Below are positions 40,861 through 54,796 of a stretch of 64,000 nt of DNA, piece by piece. Location: positions 3,159,826 through 3,223,825 of the forward strand of contig BDGG01000002.1 of NCBI GenBank assembly GCA_001949185.1, in the 5' to 3' direction. The translations under genes were made by a program, and so were the position numbers. The notes beneath the pieces are model-generated. The model was given only the letters and a program-made list of their open reading frames with translations, ran no database searches and was not told the origin of the DNA. Position 1 is the stretch's first letter; each line of letters opens with the position of its first letter. The DNA is from Ramazzottius varieornatus (lineage: Eukaryota > Animalia > Tardigrada).

Positions 40861-42175
40861 TTGTTCGAATTGGTATGGCATACATGGATCATCTTGTATT
40901 TTCTCGAAAACTTTCTCTTGGACCTTATCTCGCTGATATTTGCCACTGTTATCCTCGGACTTGGCGGTAGTCTACGTGGAATCACTCGCGATGTAACCAC
41001 CATTTACTTCGATAATTCCATTCAAAGTCAATCTAAAGTTCAGAGAAGTGGATAATATCAGGCTTCGGCTGGGTGGTGTGATGTCCCAGTCGCCATCCTG
41101 CTGTCGTTCGCTGGCTAGACAAATGACCAAATTCTTCGTCTTTGCGACTGGGGAAGTAGAGAAGCGGCGAAGCAGATATTCAGCCAAATTTAATTTTCTC
41201 TAGCCAGTGAACGATATTGGTAGGACGACCGTGACGTCACATCACTCATCCAAATTTTGATGTTGCTACACGCGGCTGGCCTCATTATTGGCCTGGACAA
41301 GATTTCTGGCCGGACAGGCTGGCGTCAGTTCAACGCAGAGATTGTGATACTCCAACAGAAACTAGCCCCGTGACGTCCGCGAGTGACATGTCGCAGTGTA
41401 GTATGCGGAATAAAGTGACATTCCAGATTTCGTTTCTTATTTCGTTCTTCTTTTCCTATCTTGAGCAAGCTTTCTCCGGAAAATGGCGGAAGGCCTAAGA
41501 GCAAGCGACGGCGAAACTATACGGAGGACAGCCTGAAAAATGCAGTTCGTGCGGTAGCGGGAGGAATGTCAGTTCGATATGCCTCAGTCACGCATGGTGT
41601 TCCGCGCAGGACTATTTTCGACTACGAAAGATCTCTCATAGCTCAGAATATAATCAAATTTACGATGATTGGGATGATCTTTGCAAAACGTTCGGTTATT
41701 CGTGTAGGTAAAGCGGTAATGTGTGGTGAAAGCCAGCTCTGTTTCACCCACAACCGAATACAGCTGACCGAGCCGCCGATTCGGAAATCAGTGGCCAGAA
41801 TTCTTGTTCAGGCCAATAATGAGGCCAGCCGCGTGTGCTTCAGTGAACTTTTCGGATTGCATTTGAGTGGAACTAATTGTGCTCTCACCCGTACTCTTTG
41901 TCCTCTCCGTTTTCGGACGAACTATTACTCTTGTTCTCGATTATCAGGGGAGCCGTTTCTACGAGTTCTACATCTGGTCGATAGTCCTGGAGGTTACGAT
42001 AATGGTCCATCTGGTTGGCGGGGTACTGTGGTTTGGCACGGCAGACGCACTACGACGCCAGGAAGGCTCCTACAGAATAGGTTACAGAGACACTTACATC
42101 AACTGGCGACTTGTTCAAGCAATCGTCGATTTAGTTATCAATCTGATTCTGCTGAGCACAGAGTCTTCTACTGTA
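40861..42175 (+). pseudogene. Possible decayed multi-pass membrane protein gene interrupted by two transposons
   Basis: Hydrophobic ORF segments (WIILYFLENFLLDLISLIFATVILGLG at 40861-41055; LIVLSPVLFVLSVFG...IWSIVLEVTIMVHLVGGVLWFG...IVDLVINLILL at 41867-42175) flank the pogo element, and the second runs into a Tc1 MITE. No family recognised. Confidence 0.3.
41269..41835 (+). mobile_element. Non-autonomous pogo/Tc1-mariner element retaining a Psq-type HTH fragment
   Basis: TIRs CACGCGGCTGGCCTCATTATTGGCCTG / CAGGCCAATAATGAGGCCAGCCGCGTG with TA/TG flanks. The internal frame RRNYTEDSLKNAVRAVAGGMSVRYASVTHGVPRRTIFD is a pipsqueak HTH motif. Confidence 0.8.
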
Positions 42176-42431
42176 CAGTCCAGTCGCTCGAAATGTGCAC
42201 AAAATTTTTCGGATTCTAACCACGAGAATCACTCAAAGTTGACAATACTGCTAACCATGCCTACACAGACAGAAACGTGCTACTCGATTACTTGATTATC
42301 CCCGTGGAAGCCCGGTGTAATGTATGTGTGAAATGATTTTCATCTTTAGCTTGACATGCTGTTTGGTATATGTTTAGCAGGCCCTAAACTGAAACCCAAA
42401 ACGGCTGTACACATTTCGAGCGACTAGACTG
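42176..42431. mobile_element. Tc1/mariner-type MITE (256 bp)
   Basis: TA|CAGTCCAGTCGCTCGAAATGTG ... CACATTTCGAGCGACTAGACTG|TA. Confidence 0.9.
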
Positions 42432-42884
42432 TACTCGAAATATGTACTGCAACGACTGCCTGGCCATACGCACTGTAGGGAAAAACATAATTGTATGCAC
42501 AGTTTCGACGATCTGGTCATCCTCACACTTCAGTCTGATTTAGATTGGCGGTGGGAAAGTAGCTCTGATCTACCGTCTGACGAGTGCAAGCGAATCCCAG
42601 CTCGATCTAGCACTGGTGCCAGTGTCCGCAAATTTGGGAGTGGTTGTTGCGAAATTGCCTTCACACTAAGCGTCTGCTTCCTGATCTTCTTGCGCGGTTT
42701 CTAGCACTTTGAATTACTTGTTGAAAATCTTGTACATATATCCCGAATCACGGTTGTTTCGGAAGCTCTTCATGATGCAGGAAAGATAGTCTTCATATAA
42801 ATGATGAAAGCGTAAACATATAACTATTTTACACAGGGCACATCAGTGACATCACTGTCTACATACAGGTAACGTAATTCTGAA

Positions 42885-45346
42885 TCAGTTCAGTAGATTA
42901 ATTCGCGGTCTGATCGTTCCACGGTAGGTGCCGCCAACGTGAGGCCCCAGAGCGTCGTGCACGGCACACTGCTCCAACTGCGTTGTTTCTTCTTTCGATA
43001 GTGGAGATTGCTCGGATTCTTTTGAGGTTTCACTGTTTCCGTCCCGAGGTCCAACCGTCTCGTAGAATTCCCGTCCCTCGTCAACCTCCAGTTGGCTTCT
43101 GGATCTCTTCCTTCTCAAACAGGTCATTTGCACCAAACCGTATAGTGCGGCAACACAAAAGCTGGCTACGGCAAAGATGCGGTAAGTCATACGGGGCTTC
43201 AGATGGTCGAACATAATGCCGCCAATCAGTGACCCAATGCCCCGGCCTAGAGTGCGAACAAATATTAGCCAAACAGGTACACGCGACTGGCCCAACTGCC
43301 GGCCTGGACAAGACTTCCGGCCACTGGCCGAGAACTGCAGCGCTTCATCTGATTGGACATTTTAGCTGGCAGCTATCCACTGCTTCCGGCGGGTGGTCGG
43401 ACGGTTTGTCCAGGCCAGTAGTTAGGCCATTAGTTATTCCAGTTGCGTGTGCAAGCAAAACATTGAGATTGAGTTCTTACCAAACGCTGCATGCGCGCCT
43501 CCTTGTATGCTTTGTACGGAAGCCAAGTAGTCTGGTGCAATCTTCCCGGTATACGTTGAGGCAACAACCTGTCGTACAATACAGAAACGTTAACATTGTA
43601 CTTGTACGGTACCACCTTGAAACTAATGGCCTTCTTTTGAACCACTACTATCAAGTTGAGCTGAGAGCCTACCCAAAGAAGCGACGTGGTGAATGCCTCA
43701 AGGACTTCGATGGGAACCACGTAAAATGGATTCTGGAGGAAAGAGTATCCGAGAAAGCGGAACCCGTATAGAACAAGGACGAAACATCTGTCAATATTAA
43801 GTGTAAGCTTGCCGACCAGATCCAGCTACTATATAGTACTTTGCATAAGGGTTGAAATGTATGACAATGCTTACATCAGCTTCCAGTGGCCGAACTTGCG
43901 AATGAAGAACGTGGAGGCCGCCACCACAGGCAACGCTGCTAAGCAAGATATGGTCGTGGTGAATCCGAGGAACCATTTCGGCGAACCAAGTTCTTCCAGG
44001 TATACAAAGATAAAACTGTAAAGAAATTACAGTACGATTGAGTGGAAACCAGATAGCACAGCACTGTGAACTTACTTTTCGATAAAGCCCCAGAAGCATC
44101 CAGTGATGAACATGATCGTAACGAACACCGCCACCTTCGGTTTCTTCAAGATCTTCACCACATTCTTGCCCACTTCATCCGACGGAGGTTTCTTCTCCAA
44201 TACCACAAAGCACATCATGATAGTGGCCAGCGACATTGCCAGCCCAAAGATGTAGAACGTGGGTGAGTAGTCCGCGATGGCCTTCCCCCTACTGGCCAGC
44301 TGCACGAAATATCCCGAGATGGGCGTCAGAGCTGCCATGCCGATCAACGACCACGTCCGTTGCATACCTAAGTCTCCCTTGTGCTCCTTAGACATCTGGT
44401 ACGCCAAGGCGTCCATCATAGGGAACACAGTCTGCATGCCAATGGCCGCTAGGTATCGAATGACGATGTACATTGTGAGGGTTAGAGTACGGTCTCCTGG
44501 CACGATCTTGTATTGACGCAGGACAAGCTCGTGCTCGAATGGTTGTGCACTGCAAGTCACAGCGCAGTCCGCGGACGTCGCTGCAGAACAAGCCACCGAT
44601 GACACCGGCTGCCCTTTTTCAGCGTGAAAGTTGCTCCAGGTTGTTTCACCTCCGGCATTGATGGTAATGCTTCCGTTCGTCAGATATCTTCCTTCAAAAT
44701 CGGAGTATATCGAACAATCGGCCGGCGAAAGATTGTCGACTGGATACAGGCATAGCACAGGAATGTCTGGACATGTCGTCGCGCATCGCATGAACTGAAG
44801 CAACACTTTAGGAGATTCATTACCGGTTGAAAGTGCATGCTTAGGTAGTGAGATAATACTTGCAGAAGAGTTTGGAGAAATTGGCTGGTATTCTTTGTGC
44901 GAAAAATATGAGGATGAATTGGAACAATGATAAGTAAGCGTGAATTCTGGTAGGGGGAGATCCACAATGGTGTTCGCCATTGCAATGGGTGGAACGAACA
45001 TCAGCAGGACATGGCTAACTGCAGTGAAGGCCAGAAATGTCATGAAGACTGCTTTGTAGTTACCGATGCGGTCGGCGAGCCAGCCGCCAATCGGGGGACC
45101 CACGAAACTCACAAATGGCATCACCGCGTAGATTAAGGCGATTTCCGTGAGAGTTAGTCCAAGGGACTTCATATGAATGGTCATAAAGGGATAGAGTGCG
45201 GTAGCGGCACCATTGTACGCGAAGAGGATGATCTTGAGTGGGAGAAGCTTGTAATTGATCTGGAAGAGTTCGCGGAGTTTTTGACGGAAGGGTTTCGTGG
45301 TTCGCAACAAGCCGGACTTCCGCTCGGGCGTTTCCGTTTCCTCCAT
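42885..45346 (-). CDS. MFSD6: Major facilitator superfamily domain-containing protein 6-like transporter, multi-exon
   Basis: Motifs LLPLKIILF..ATAALYPFMTIHMKSLGLT, PPIGGWLADRIGNYK, a Cys-rich lumenal loop, DALAY..GDLGMQRTW, GCFWGFIE, PIEVLEAFTTSLLWV and GRGIGSLIGG. Confidence 0.88.
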
Positions 45347-47732
45347 CGCAGTATGAAGAAGATTTAGTAGTGCAAAGCTACTGGCGAAAGTGACAACTTA
45401 AACCTGCCACAGTTCAAAACGCGAAAAGATTGTCAGCATCAGTGTTTTGATTTCTGCGATAATTCCGATGAGTGCCGAGCATCTTGACGGAGGTGGAAAT
45501 AGATAAATCACAGAGATATCGTCAGCACAGAAAAACCTTAGATTGCATTTATATCAAACTTCGTCTAGTTTATGATATTTTGGGATGATGGGATCAGCTG
45601 ATATCCGCTCGCAAAGAAACAAAGTTATCGTTTACTGCCCGCCGTGCCCGGATGTCCGTGACAATGATCGGCAGTAAAACGTTCGAACACTAGAAGAATA
45701 GGGCGCCGTATGACTCAACTGCAAATCTCATTGGAAATGGCATAAACAGTACGACTGAACGCCGGAGGGATGCGACCGTCTGGTTACTGAACGTTTTTCG
45801 CCCTGGAGAGCTGTATTATCTCGTCTGAAAGTCACAGCCTTCGAGACACTGCGCTTTGTGTGCTTAGCTGAACTGGCCGCTGAAAAGATGGGACAGCACA
45901 ATGGGCCAGGCGGAAAAAGTATGGCACATACTTGTGTAACGTTCATCATTTGACTTTTGTTGTAATGTGTGAAAACGGATGTTTTTGGTAACATTTTGTC
46001 AGCTTTTGTGCAGGACAGTGGGGAACGTTCTGCTACAGATACTACGTAACATTTTATTAATGGACACAGCATCACCGTATTTCAAACATTTCTTCGCAAA
46101 TAAATAGCTTGGCATACAGGGAAAGTAAAATTCGTCGTACTCAGACATCCAACGACAAAGGAAACACTGTTCATGTGCAAAACCGTAAGAAGCTGAGAAA
46201 CAGAAAAGTGGCCGCACTGAAAACAGATAGAAGATTGGGCTACCCGGAAATCAAAGATCGAAATCGTTTGTCAAAAGCAAATCAGAGAAATTACCGGGAA
46301 TATCGAAGAAAATAATACCTACTGATGAGCGTTTTAGCCAATAAATAGAAAAGTAGACGTCAGGGGAGCAGGGGACGATACGCAGGAACACCTCGAAACC
46401 ACGCCCAACACTTTCGTTTGAATTCATTCCACTTTTTTATATTCAAAATAGCGGCGTTGATATCGCTAATCGACGGCGCTTGGACTTCCTTTTGCCGGCA
46501 GTAAATTCCGACAAGACCTGGAAAGCTACGGGCACTGACGAGCTGCTGTACTTCGCCTACCAAAATTGATTGGCTTGAATGCTGCTGGACAATAACGATT
46601 GATTGATCGTTCGACACTACAGTGAGTTTGTGCAAGGCGAAGTACTACAGCTCTTCAGTGGCTACGGGTGAGGCGAATTCACCAGATTGATGTCCTGATC
46701 TCCAGTCGACAGAGAAAGTTGAAGATGGAAACCTCGAGCTGCTCATTGCCTCTTACATTTCGAATAGATTTTCAGCGTATCCCATATCACAGCCAGCTTT
46801 GGCTGATCCAACACGGTTTTTTCCTTGGTTATTACGCCAGCAGACACTGATCTTCAGTTCGTCTGCACTGAAAACTTGCCGTGCCGCAATCTTCTGAAAA
46901 TACAGCAAGTCGTACAGATAATATAATTAGCAGCTGAATGAATCCATAAATCGAAGTACGAACTCGGACTGCCGCGGCTCGCCAGATGTCGTTGAAGAGC
47001 ATCAAGTCCTGTGAGAGACAGTGTTACTGTATCTGGTTAATAAGTGACGATGGAAAAACTTTTGCGACTGCGTTATTAGGACGCACCTTTTCATTACCGT
47101 TTGTGCGCGCAGAGACTTGAAAAACCCACCAGTAAAGCGGTCGTTTCGATCCACCGACCGGAAGCTGGGGACTGCTTTCGCGAGAGACTCGTCCATGCCG
47201 GTTGACTCGTTAAGATCGACAAGTTCGGACTCAAGGTCACTGCCATCGTCGTCATAATCGTGGAAGACCGGATTTCTGTAACGTCAACCTCCAATAAAAT
47301 AGCTTCCGCTGCTGGCTAAGTTAGAGGATAGCTCTGATTAATGAGCGCACAATGTTAAATTAAAGGATCTGGAAGAAATCAGCACTAACTAAAAATGGTG
47401 GGTCATTCAATCAAATCAAAGGTTGAGAACAATGGATGTGACCAAGTCCGCAGTCAAGTCTACAAGTGGAACCATCGGTGGCTGCGCCATAGAATCTTCA
47501 GACCAGCAACTGGCTCTAAGAAGTGACAGCGTGAGGTAGCCACTCAACTGCTTAGCGCTGCCGGAGCTTGCTGCGGCCTTGTGATCTCGAGAAAGTAATC
47601 CAATCAACGGCTGGCACAGGGGGCCGCTTGCCCAGCTGTCACTGCTTACGGCCAGTGGCTGGTCTGAGGATTCTATGGCGCCGCCACCCATGGGTGGAAC
47701 TGTACATGAGTCAAAGCTGTTAGGTAAGACTA

Positions 47733-47950
47733 CAGTCCAGTCGCTCGAAATGTGTACAAGATTTTTCAAATTCTAATCATGAAAATCATTCAAGTTAACA
47801 ATGCTGCTCACCATGCCCATACAGACAGAAACTTGCGACTTGATTACTTGATTACTCCAGTCAGAGCACGGCGTAATGTATGTGTGACGTAATTTTCAAC
47901 TTCAGCTGGGCATGCTGTGTAGTGAATATATGGCAGGCCTTAAACTGGAA
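47733..47950. mobile_element. Truncated second copy of the 42176-42431 Tc1-type MITE
   Basis: Begins TA|CAGTCCAGTCGCTCGAAATGTG and is colinear with the first copy, though clearly diverged. The right TIR is missing. Confidence 0.8.
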
Positions 47951-48556
47951 TTGAGAATGTTAAGGACTTGCGGAGAGTTGAGCGTATACTGCAATGTTAC
48001 GGTGGCGGCGAAGCTTCGCCTAAGTAACACTTACCAATTCCGGCTGAAGCTCCATGTTAAGATTGTACTCCCTTCGTGGCATGACCTTTGGGTGCCTTGG
48101 ACGGACACATAGAAAATTCCCATTTGCCAGTGTGAAACTGAGTTTCCGAGATTGGATTGCGCTATATGTTGCGGGGCTGTGAGTGCTGGGTTGAATGATA
48201 GTTGTATTACTTGGTGGTGTTGGCCTTTTAGCCGCAAACCGACCAGTCAGAGCGTGCAGTGCATGCACAGACTATGTGTTCATGTTGTGCAGGCTTGAAG
48301 GCGCGGTGTTGACAACTAGTCTGTGAGGAATGGTTGTAAATACTGATAAGGTTGGAGATAAGAATCTAAGTGTGTCGCCAGTAGAGAGCGAAATCCTCGG
48401 CTGGGCTTCAGGAGAGAGTGAATGGAATGTGCTCGTGAGTGTACAGCTACAGAGACACAGCTGTGAATTGTTTTGTTCTGGGTTTGCGTATTTGGTTTGG
48501 GTGGCTTGCTGACTAGTCGAATTCGTGAATGGATGGTATTGGTTAGCTGAGGGCTT

Positions 48557-51500
48557 ATAATAATAATAAATGCTTTACTCGTGTATGATCACCAGCAGAT
48601 TAGCTTAGCCTTGGACACAAGATCAAAGGACGGCAAGAGAGCCAAAGAAAAAGTTTCAGATCTAAAACATAACTACTTTAAACAATCATCGATGTTCTTT
48701 TCGCACCAAGAGAAGCTCCGCAGATCGAGACGATCTAGAAAGGGCTTGCAGGCAGGAAGAGTTTTGCAGCTTGCAGAGGAGAGACAGAACTGTTTATCAT
48801 TGACCAGTGCAGATGCAACGTAGGCAAAGCTATCAGAGGCTACTTTCAAAAGTTCTAGTTCTTTGATTCTTGATGTCGGCACTACCCGGACTCTTTCTTG
48901 GGAAGCTTTTGCTGCATTCTGGCTCCTTGTCGTTGCCCGAGCAGGAGGATGCTGTGTCTTGTCAGCAGCTGTTAGCAGGAGATGTCCATCAGGAAAAACA
49001 TTCGTCCAGATCTTGAATGCATTCACCATCGGGCCTTCGCTCTCCCCTCCCACAGGTACTCTCACTGAACATCCGTCAAATGTTGGCGATACTGGCTGAA
49101 GTCGCTGTCGTGTTGGCCCTTTGGGAGCTTGCTCAGGCGGATGCTCTTAAGGAAATCTTTTTGTACTTGCTCCAGCTGCTTTTTGTGCTTGTGGCTTGAA
49201 GGGTTCCACACCGAGCAGGCGTATTCAGCAACAGGGCGAACGAGACTCTAGTAGAGAATTTTTCTGGCTGCACCGAACTGCTTCGGGAAGTACGAGCGAA
49301 TGGCGTGGAGGCGTTTTCGGCACTCTGCAGTCACTGCATCCACCTGCACAGTCCAGTTGAGCTTCCTGTCCAGACCGACGCCCAAACACGTCGACTGACT
49401 TTCGATCGGAATCTTCTGGCCACTGATGGAGTAGCTGCCTTGAGGAACACGGAAACTTCCGCATATTTTAAAGGACAGTCGGATGTGGTGCGACTTGCTT
49501 GGGTTGAGGCTCAGCCCGGCTTCTCTAAAGTTTTCCCCCAGCTGGTCCAGACACTTTTGAGAAGCTTGGCAGTCTTCGGCCTTACCGATCACCTGGTGGG
49601 CCACCAAGTCATCAGCATACTGAAACATCTCACACTTAACCGAGCTGGAGAGCTTATTTACCGTCACAATGAAGAGCAGACGGCCCAGAACGGAACCTTG
49701 CGGAACGCCTGACCGGACTTCACTGAACTCACCGTAGTAGCCTCCAACTGTCACTCTTTGGGTTCTGCCGCGTTGGTAGTCGGACATCAGCTCCAGCAGG
49801 TAACCGGTGACGCCATGGTCTTGGAGGCTCTTCACCGGTACATCATAGGGAACTCTGTCGAACGTCTTGGTGCAGTCAAGGAACACTGATTCGACTTCTT
49901 TCTTCTTCGACAGACCTTGCGACCACTGGTGGACTATGTGGAGCAACTGTGCTTCGGTGGATCTCTTTGACCTGAAACCAAACTGCCTCGAAGTCAGCAA
50001 ATGATTCCTCTCTAAAAAGCCCAGTATGCGAACAGATAACACTCTCTCGAAAACTTTAAGCAAGGAGACAAGAGAGAAATTGGACTCCAGGTGACGTTAC
50101 CTTTGTTTGGGATTGGTACGACATCGGCCTTCTTCCAGGAGGAGGGATACTGCTTTGTGGTGAGGATCAGGTTGAAGAGGCGGGTAAACGGGTACACCAA
50201 TGCTGAACCAGCTGCCTTGCGCAAAGCATTTGTCAAGAGCGATGAGCCTGCCGCTTTCTTACCAGGGAGTTTCCATAGTACATCCCATATTTCCGGTCCA
50301 GTCACTGTCAGCATTGGCAGCCAGTCTTTGCATCTTGTAGCAGTAGAGGGGACTTGATTGTTGATCGGTTGGCAATGTTCCCCACACTGGCCGTAATCTT
50401 TCTGAAATACGTTGGCTATGTATTCCGCTTTATCCTTTGGGTGAACCAGGTATTTGTGTCCGGTGCCGTGTACAGGAATCGGAGGAATGCTTTCGGACTT
50501 CGTGGACCGCGTCACGTGCTTCCACAGCGCATCTGGACGTCTTCTTGACAGAGTGGCGATGTTTCGTAGTTGCTTCGTCTTTGTTGCCTTGAGGTGCCTC
50601 TTCGTTTCTCTTGCGCGATCCACCCAAGAGTTGTGGTCCCTTGAATCTTTAGTTTCGGTCCATTTTCGGCAAGCCGCGTCACGTCTCTTAAGACTGTCAA
50701 TAGTCCGTGGGGAGAGTGATGGTCGGGTAAGACTTCTCGATCCAACTTTCTTCAACCTAGAATGTTTCTGCGCAATTTCCACTGGTTTAGCTTCGAAGGT
50801 AACGACGGCCACATCTGAGTTACACTGTGCATCAAAGAACGACTTCCAGTCCAAGCCAGCCACTTCTTTACGGAATTCTTGCTGACTTCCGGTCTCGAGC
50901 ACCCATATTGGTTTCGGAGGCGTAGGGAAATTCACTGTCCACACTTTCACCAGACAATGCAGTCCGCATTGGTCGTTAGGAAACGTCAGCTTAGGGAGGA
51001 TATTGACTTAGCCGGACAAGGCTCAGCTGGGTGACGAAAGGGAGATCCAAGCACGAAGACGACTCTTTTCATACTCTGGTGACTCCCCGGACTCTTTGGA
51101 ACAGCCCGAATTCTTTAACGACGGAAAGTAGCTCCCTTGTACGAGATTTCTTTGCTGACATGCCCTCCCAGTCGATGTCTGGACAGTTGAAATCGCCCAG
51201 CAGGATCAGATTTCTTCTGAGGTAGGGTGGTATCTTTTGGAGAGAGGTACGTGGCTTTGCGAATACCTCCATATCGTATCCTGGAGCGTACAATACACCG
51301 ATCACTGCGATCATCTTTCATCCCACTACCTTCAGCCACAGCAACTCGAGACCTTCTACTTCATACTCGTCGATCCTCAACGTTTGAAGGTCCTTCCTGG
51401 CAATGACAGCGACGCCACCGCCGGTTTCCTTCTGACATCCGGCGCGATCTTTCCTGTAGACGCTGTATTTCTGCAAATCAGCGATCAACTCATCTGTCAC

Positions 51501-51800
51501 TGTATCGTCCGCCATTGTCTCGACGAAGGCTCCGATGTCGACGCTGCCTTTCTCCGTCCACGCTTTGACTTCTTCCGTCTTCGACTTTATCCCGTTAAGG
51601 TTCGCGTATCGGAGAGTCAGCTGTTTCCCCAGGTTCCCATCGGTTGTCCCACGGACGTTGGTCATTCTGTAAGCAGGGACAACAGGGGCAGCCACAGGCT
51701 CCACAGGGCAACAAATCAACAGAGGATTCGGTTGATTGGAGTCACTTACCAAATAGTGCAACTCCGGCCAGCCCGATAGCCTTCCAGAGTTCGCCACACC
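48557..51800 (-). mobile_element. Decayed non-LTR retrotransposon (APE + RT; CR1/L2/Jockey-like)
   Basis: APE motifs YANLNGI, FVET, RKDR..GGGVAV and LLGDFNCPDIDW. RT motifs PISLLS, QFGFR, FLD..KTFD, GVPQGSVLG and YADD. Multiple frameshifts. A (TTA)n-type 3' tail lies at ~48557-48570. The 5' extent (possibly to ~53000) is unclear. Confidence 0.9.
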
Positions 51801-53577
51801 AGGTGGATCCTCAGAAATAGATGGCTTCTACCCCCAAGAAATCTACCTGGCTATTCTGGGGCCACCCAAACGGGAATTAGACAGACCAGATGGAAGGACT
51901 TGTGCCCACACTCTGATGATTTAATGATCGGCTGGTGGTCGTTGGAAGGTTACTGATTTGATTTACTGTATTGGGAGTGCGTCATGCTCGTATGAGAAAT
52001 CAGGAAGCTTCCGAATTTCTCATCAGTCAGTGTGAATAGGGCGGCAATGTGAAGGACAGGGAGAATGGCTTTACAGGGGAATGGCTTATTGATGGTCATT
52101 TGGTGGTCACCGATTCATTTTGCTACGAGTGAGTCTTTGTGTGCCTGTGTGTGAGACTGGGAAGCTTCCAGATTTCTCATCAGGTTTAATGTGTGATTCA
52201 GCGAACCTGTGTTGCGTGCGGATGTTATCAAGGTAAGAAAAATGTGTAGGGCAGAAGTTTGTTTGCCGTTCCTGACGAAGAACAGCTGAGAAAAAGCCGG
52301 ATGGATGACATTGGTATAAGCCTGTGTGCTTGTGGATTGGTTTAGATTTGTATTCCTCATTCTGGCGTTAGAGATAGTAAGCGTAAGAGGTGTGTTTGTT
52401 ATGAATGTTATCATGGTAACAAGAACGTCTTATTCTCCGCTTTCCTGTGAGCTTCAAACTGTACCAGAATGCCTTCTTCGTTCCTTATTCTGCGAAAAGC
52501 AGCTTTTGTGCTGTGACTTTCAGGGCCCGAAAGCGGAGCGCAGCAGCGCCATCTGCTGCCACGTAATGTGATACTACTACGTAATGCTCGCGGCGTAATG
52601 ATATCTTCTTGAACGCGGACTGAGCTCTCGTAATCATACCACTCCACTGGGTTGTCAGGGCTCACACCGTTATCGCGTAGGGTGTTTGCTGTGCGGGGTA
52701 CAGCTTGTGTTTGAAGACCCTTGTGATGGAAACGTATGTACGGTGCAGGGTTTTAGTGTATCGCGCCTGGGGAATGGGAGCGCCCACCAACTGTGGACTG
52801 ATGAATAACGGACAGCCTCAGAGCGCTCGAGCAAAAAACTTGTTCGTGTCGTGCTAGCCTGAGGGAGCCTTATCTGGGACTAAGCTGAGAAGAATGGCAG
52901 TCGGCTTTAACCAGACAAAGTGCAAAAGGAAAGAGATAGGAAATGCACTGTACCACTGCCGGCGAGCGTAACGAGAGAGCGGATGGAACGTGTTTGTCAG
53001 TGCAATGCCATTGCGGTGAGGAGATCAGCTGGCTCATTCCCAGCTCTCAAGACGTTACCAGAGAGAATAAAGTACAGTGTAATGCAAACGTATGAGTAGC
53101 ACATGTGCGGACTTTCTTCTAGGCTTCACTTCCGGTTTGCAGTTCTGCCCTGTCATTTCACTCTGCCGCTTTAGGCACCTGAAACCCAACCTGGTTTGCA
53201 GGCCCACGAATTAGCTTCACCATGCACGAGAGTAATCTGCAGACCATCTAGATTTGCAACTTCTCACTTTTTTCGTTACAGCGCAATAGGGGTCTTCAGT
53301 CTTGCTTGCAAAACTCGTTGAAGCCGCAAACGTCTTACTAAATTAGCTTGATCAACACGAATCAAGCATGAGTCGAATTTTTCGCAAACTTCGAATTACG
53401 GACCTTCTGTTCTTGAATAAATTTGGCGAAAAGTATGCTTTTAATTCCCGCTTATCATATTGTTACTGTTCCCTCTCACTTTGTACTGCGCTGCAACTCA
53501 TTACGCCGGACACTTCCGAAAGAAAGCGTTTCATTGGGGATCTGGAAGAATGGGAGGTTGGTCGGAAGCTACTGAAG

Positions 53578-54796
53578 ATGAATTTGGACCTCAACGAACA
53601 TGACGACGATCATGAAGTGGACGTTCCTGCCGTGCTACTTCAGCTCGTTACCGCTACACGATACCTTCAGCGACCGGAAGCGCCTAAGAGTAAGCACTTT
53701 GTGGAGTATTTGATTCCGGCACTGGATGATGGACGGTTCAAGGAGGAAGTCAGGATGTCCCGCCAGTCGTTTTAGATGGTACTGAGCAAGATCGTCGGTC
53801 ATAACCTTCACGGCAAAATACCTCAAGCCGATCCACGACTACAGCTTATGATTTGCGCCTATCGTTTCGAGAGTTCGGGAAGCTCAGGCTTCGTAAGGAA
53901 GATTGCTAGACGTTTCGGGGTTTCAGAAGGCTCTGTCCTTTTTCGCACCACTAGATGTACCGAGGCTCTGTTGTCGGTAGAAGGAAGTGTGGTTGACTGG
54001 CCGGATAAAGAGGAAAGAACTACCATTAAGGTACTTATACCTTAGCTCTTGAAATTCTTCGGTATGCTAGACAGAGCACCACAAATTTATTAAAGTGTGA
54101 TATTTTAGGCGCGAATTCTTCGGGATTCGGGATTTCCTGACTGTATTGGAATGTTGGACAGCACGTTAGTCCCGTTAGAGTACAAGCCTACCAAAAATTG
54201 CGAGGATTACTGGAGCGATACTGAATATCAGCGATGGTGGTTTGCGATGACAAGCGTAAAATTCGATACATGTTCATCAGATTTTGTGGGCCGGCCCATG
54301 ATATGAGAGTCTACAATTAATGATTTTTCGATGGTAAGACAAGTCTCCGAGCTGTTTTCACCAGGCGAATATCTTCTCGCTGACAGCGCCTACACTATGT
54401 CAACTCCTACCATCGCTTCCTACAAGAAGCCCGCCGCAGGAGTCATGTCAGCGAACAACGAGCGATTCTACTTTTACCACTCTTCAACAAGAATTAAGAT
54501 CGAACACACCATTGGCATGTTTGAAGGGACGTTCTCCGTCTTTGCAGTCTTCAAGAATTAAGATCCACGATAAGCAGACCAATCGAGCAGCTGTAGAGTG
54601 GACAGAAGCATGTGTTGTTTTACACAATACTTTACTCAAAGACAACTATTTTGATGACAACTGGACAAAATACCGAGAACCGGAAGTACCAGAAATGAGC
54701 CACGATGCTGCAGTTATGGACGGAAAAGGCTTCCGAGAGATCATTAAAGAAAGAGTCTTGAATATCGGAAAGCCAGCTCGACGTTTTGTTCAGTGA
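53578..54796 (+). pseudogene. Harbinger DDE transposase (HARBI1-like), disrupted
   Basis: Motifs FKEEVRMSRQSF*, IARRFGVSEGSV, GFPDCIGMLDST, GPAHDMRVY, YLLADSAY, HSSTRIKIEHTIG.LKGR and ACVVLHN, with stops and frameshifts. Confidence 0.88.

Noticed and set aside
46318-46350. CTGATGA-GC...GC resembling a hammerhead ribozyme core
   Set aside because: No GAAA follows the putative stem II and no stems I/III are evident.
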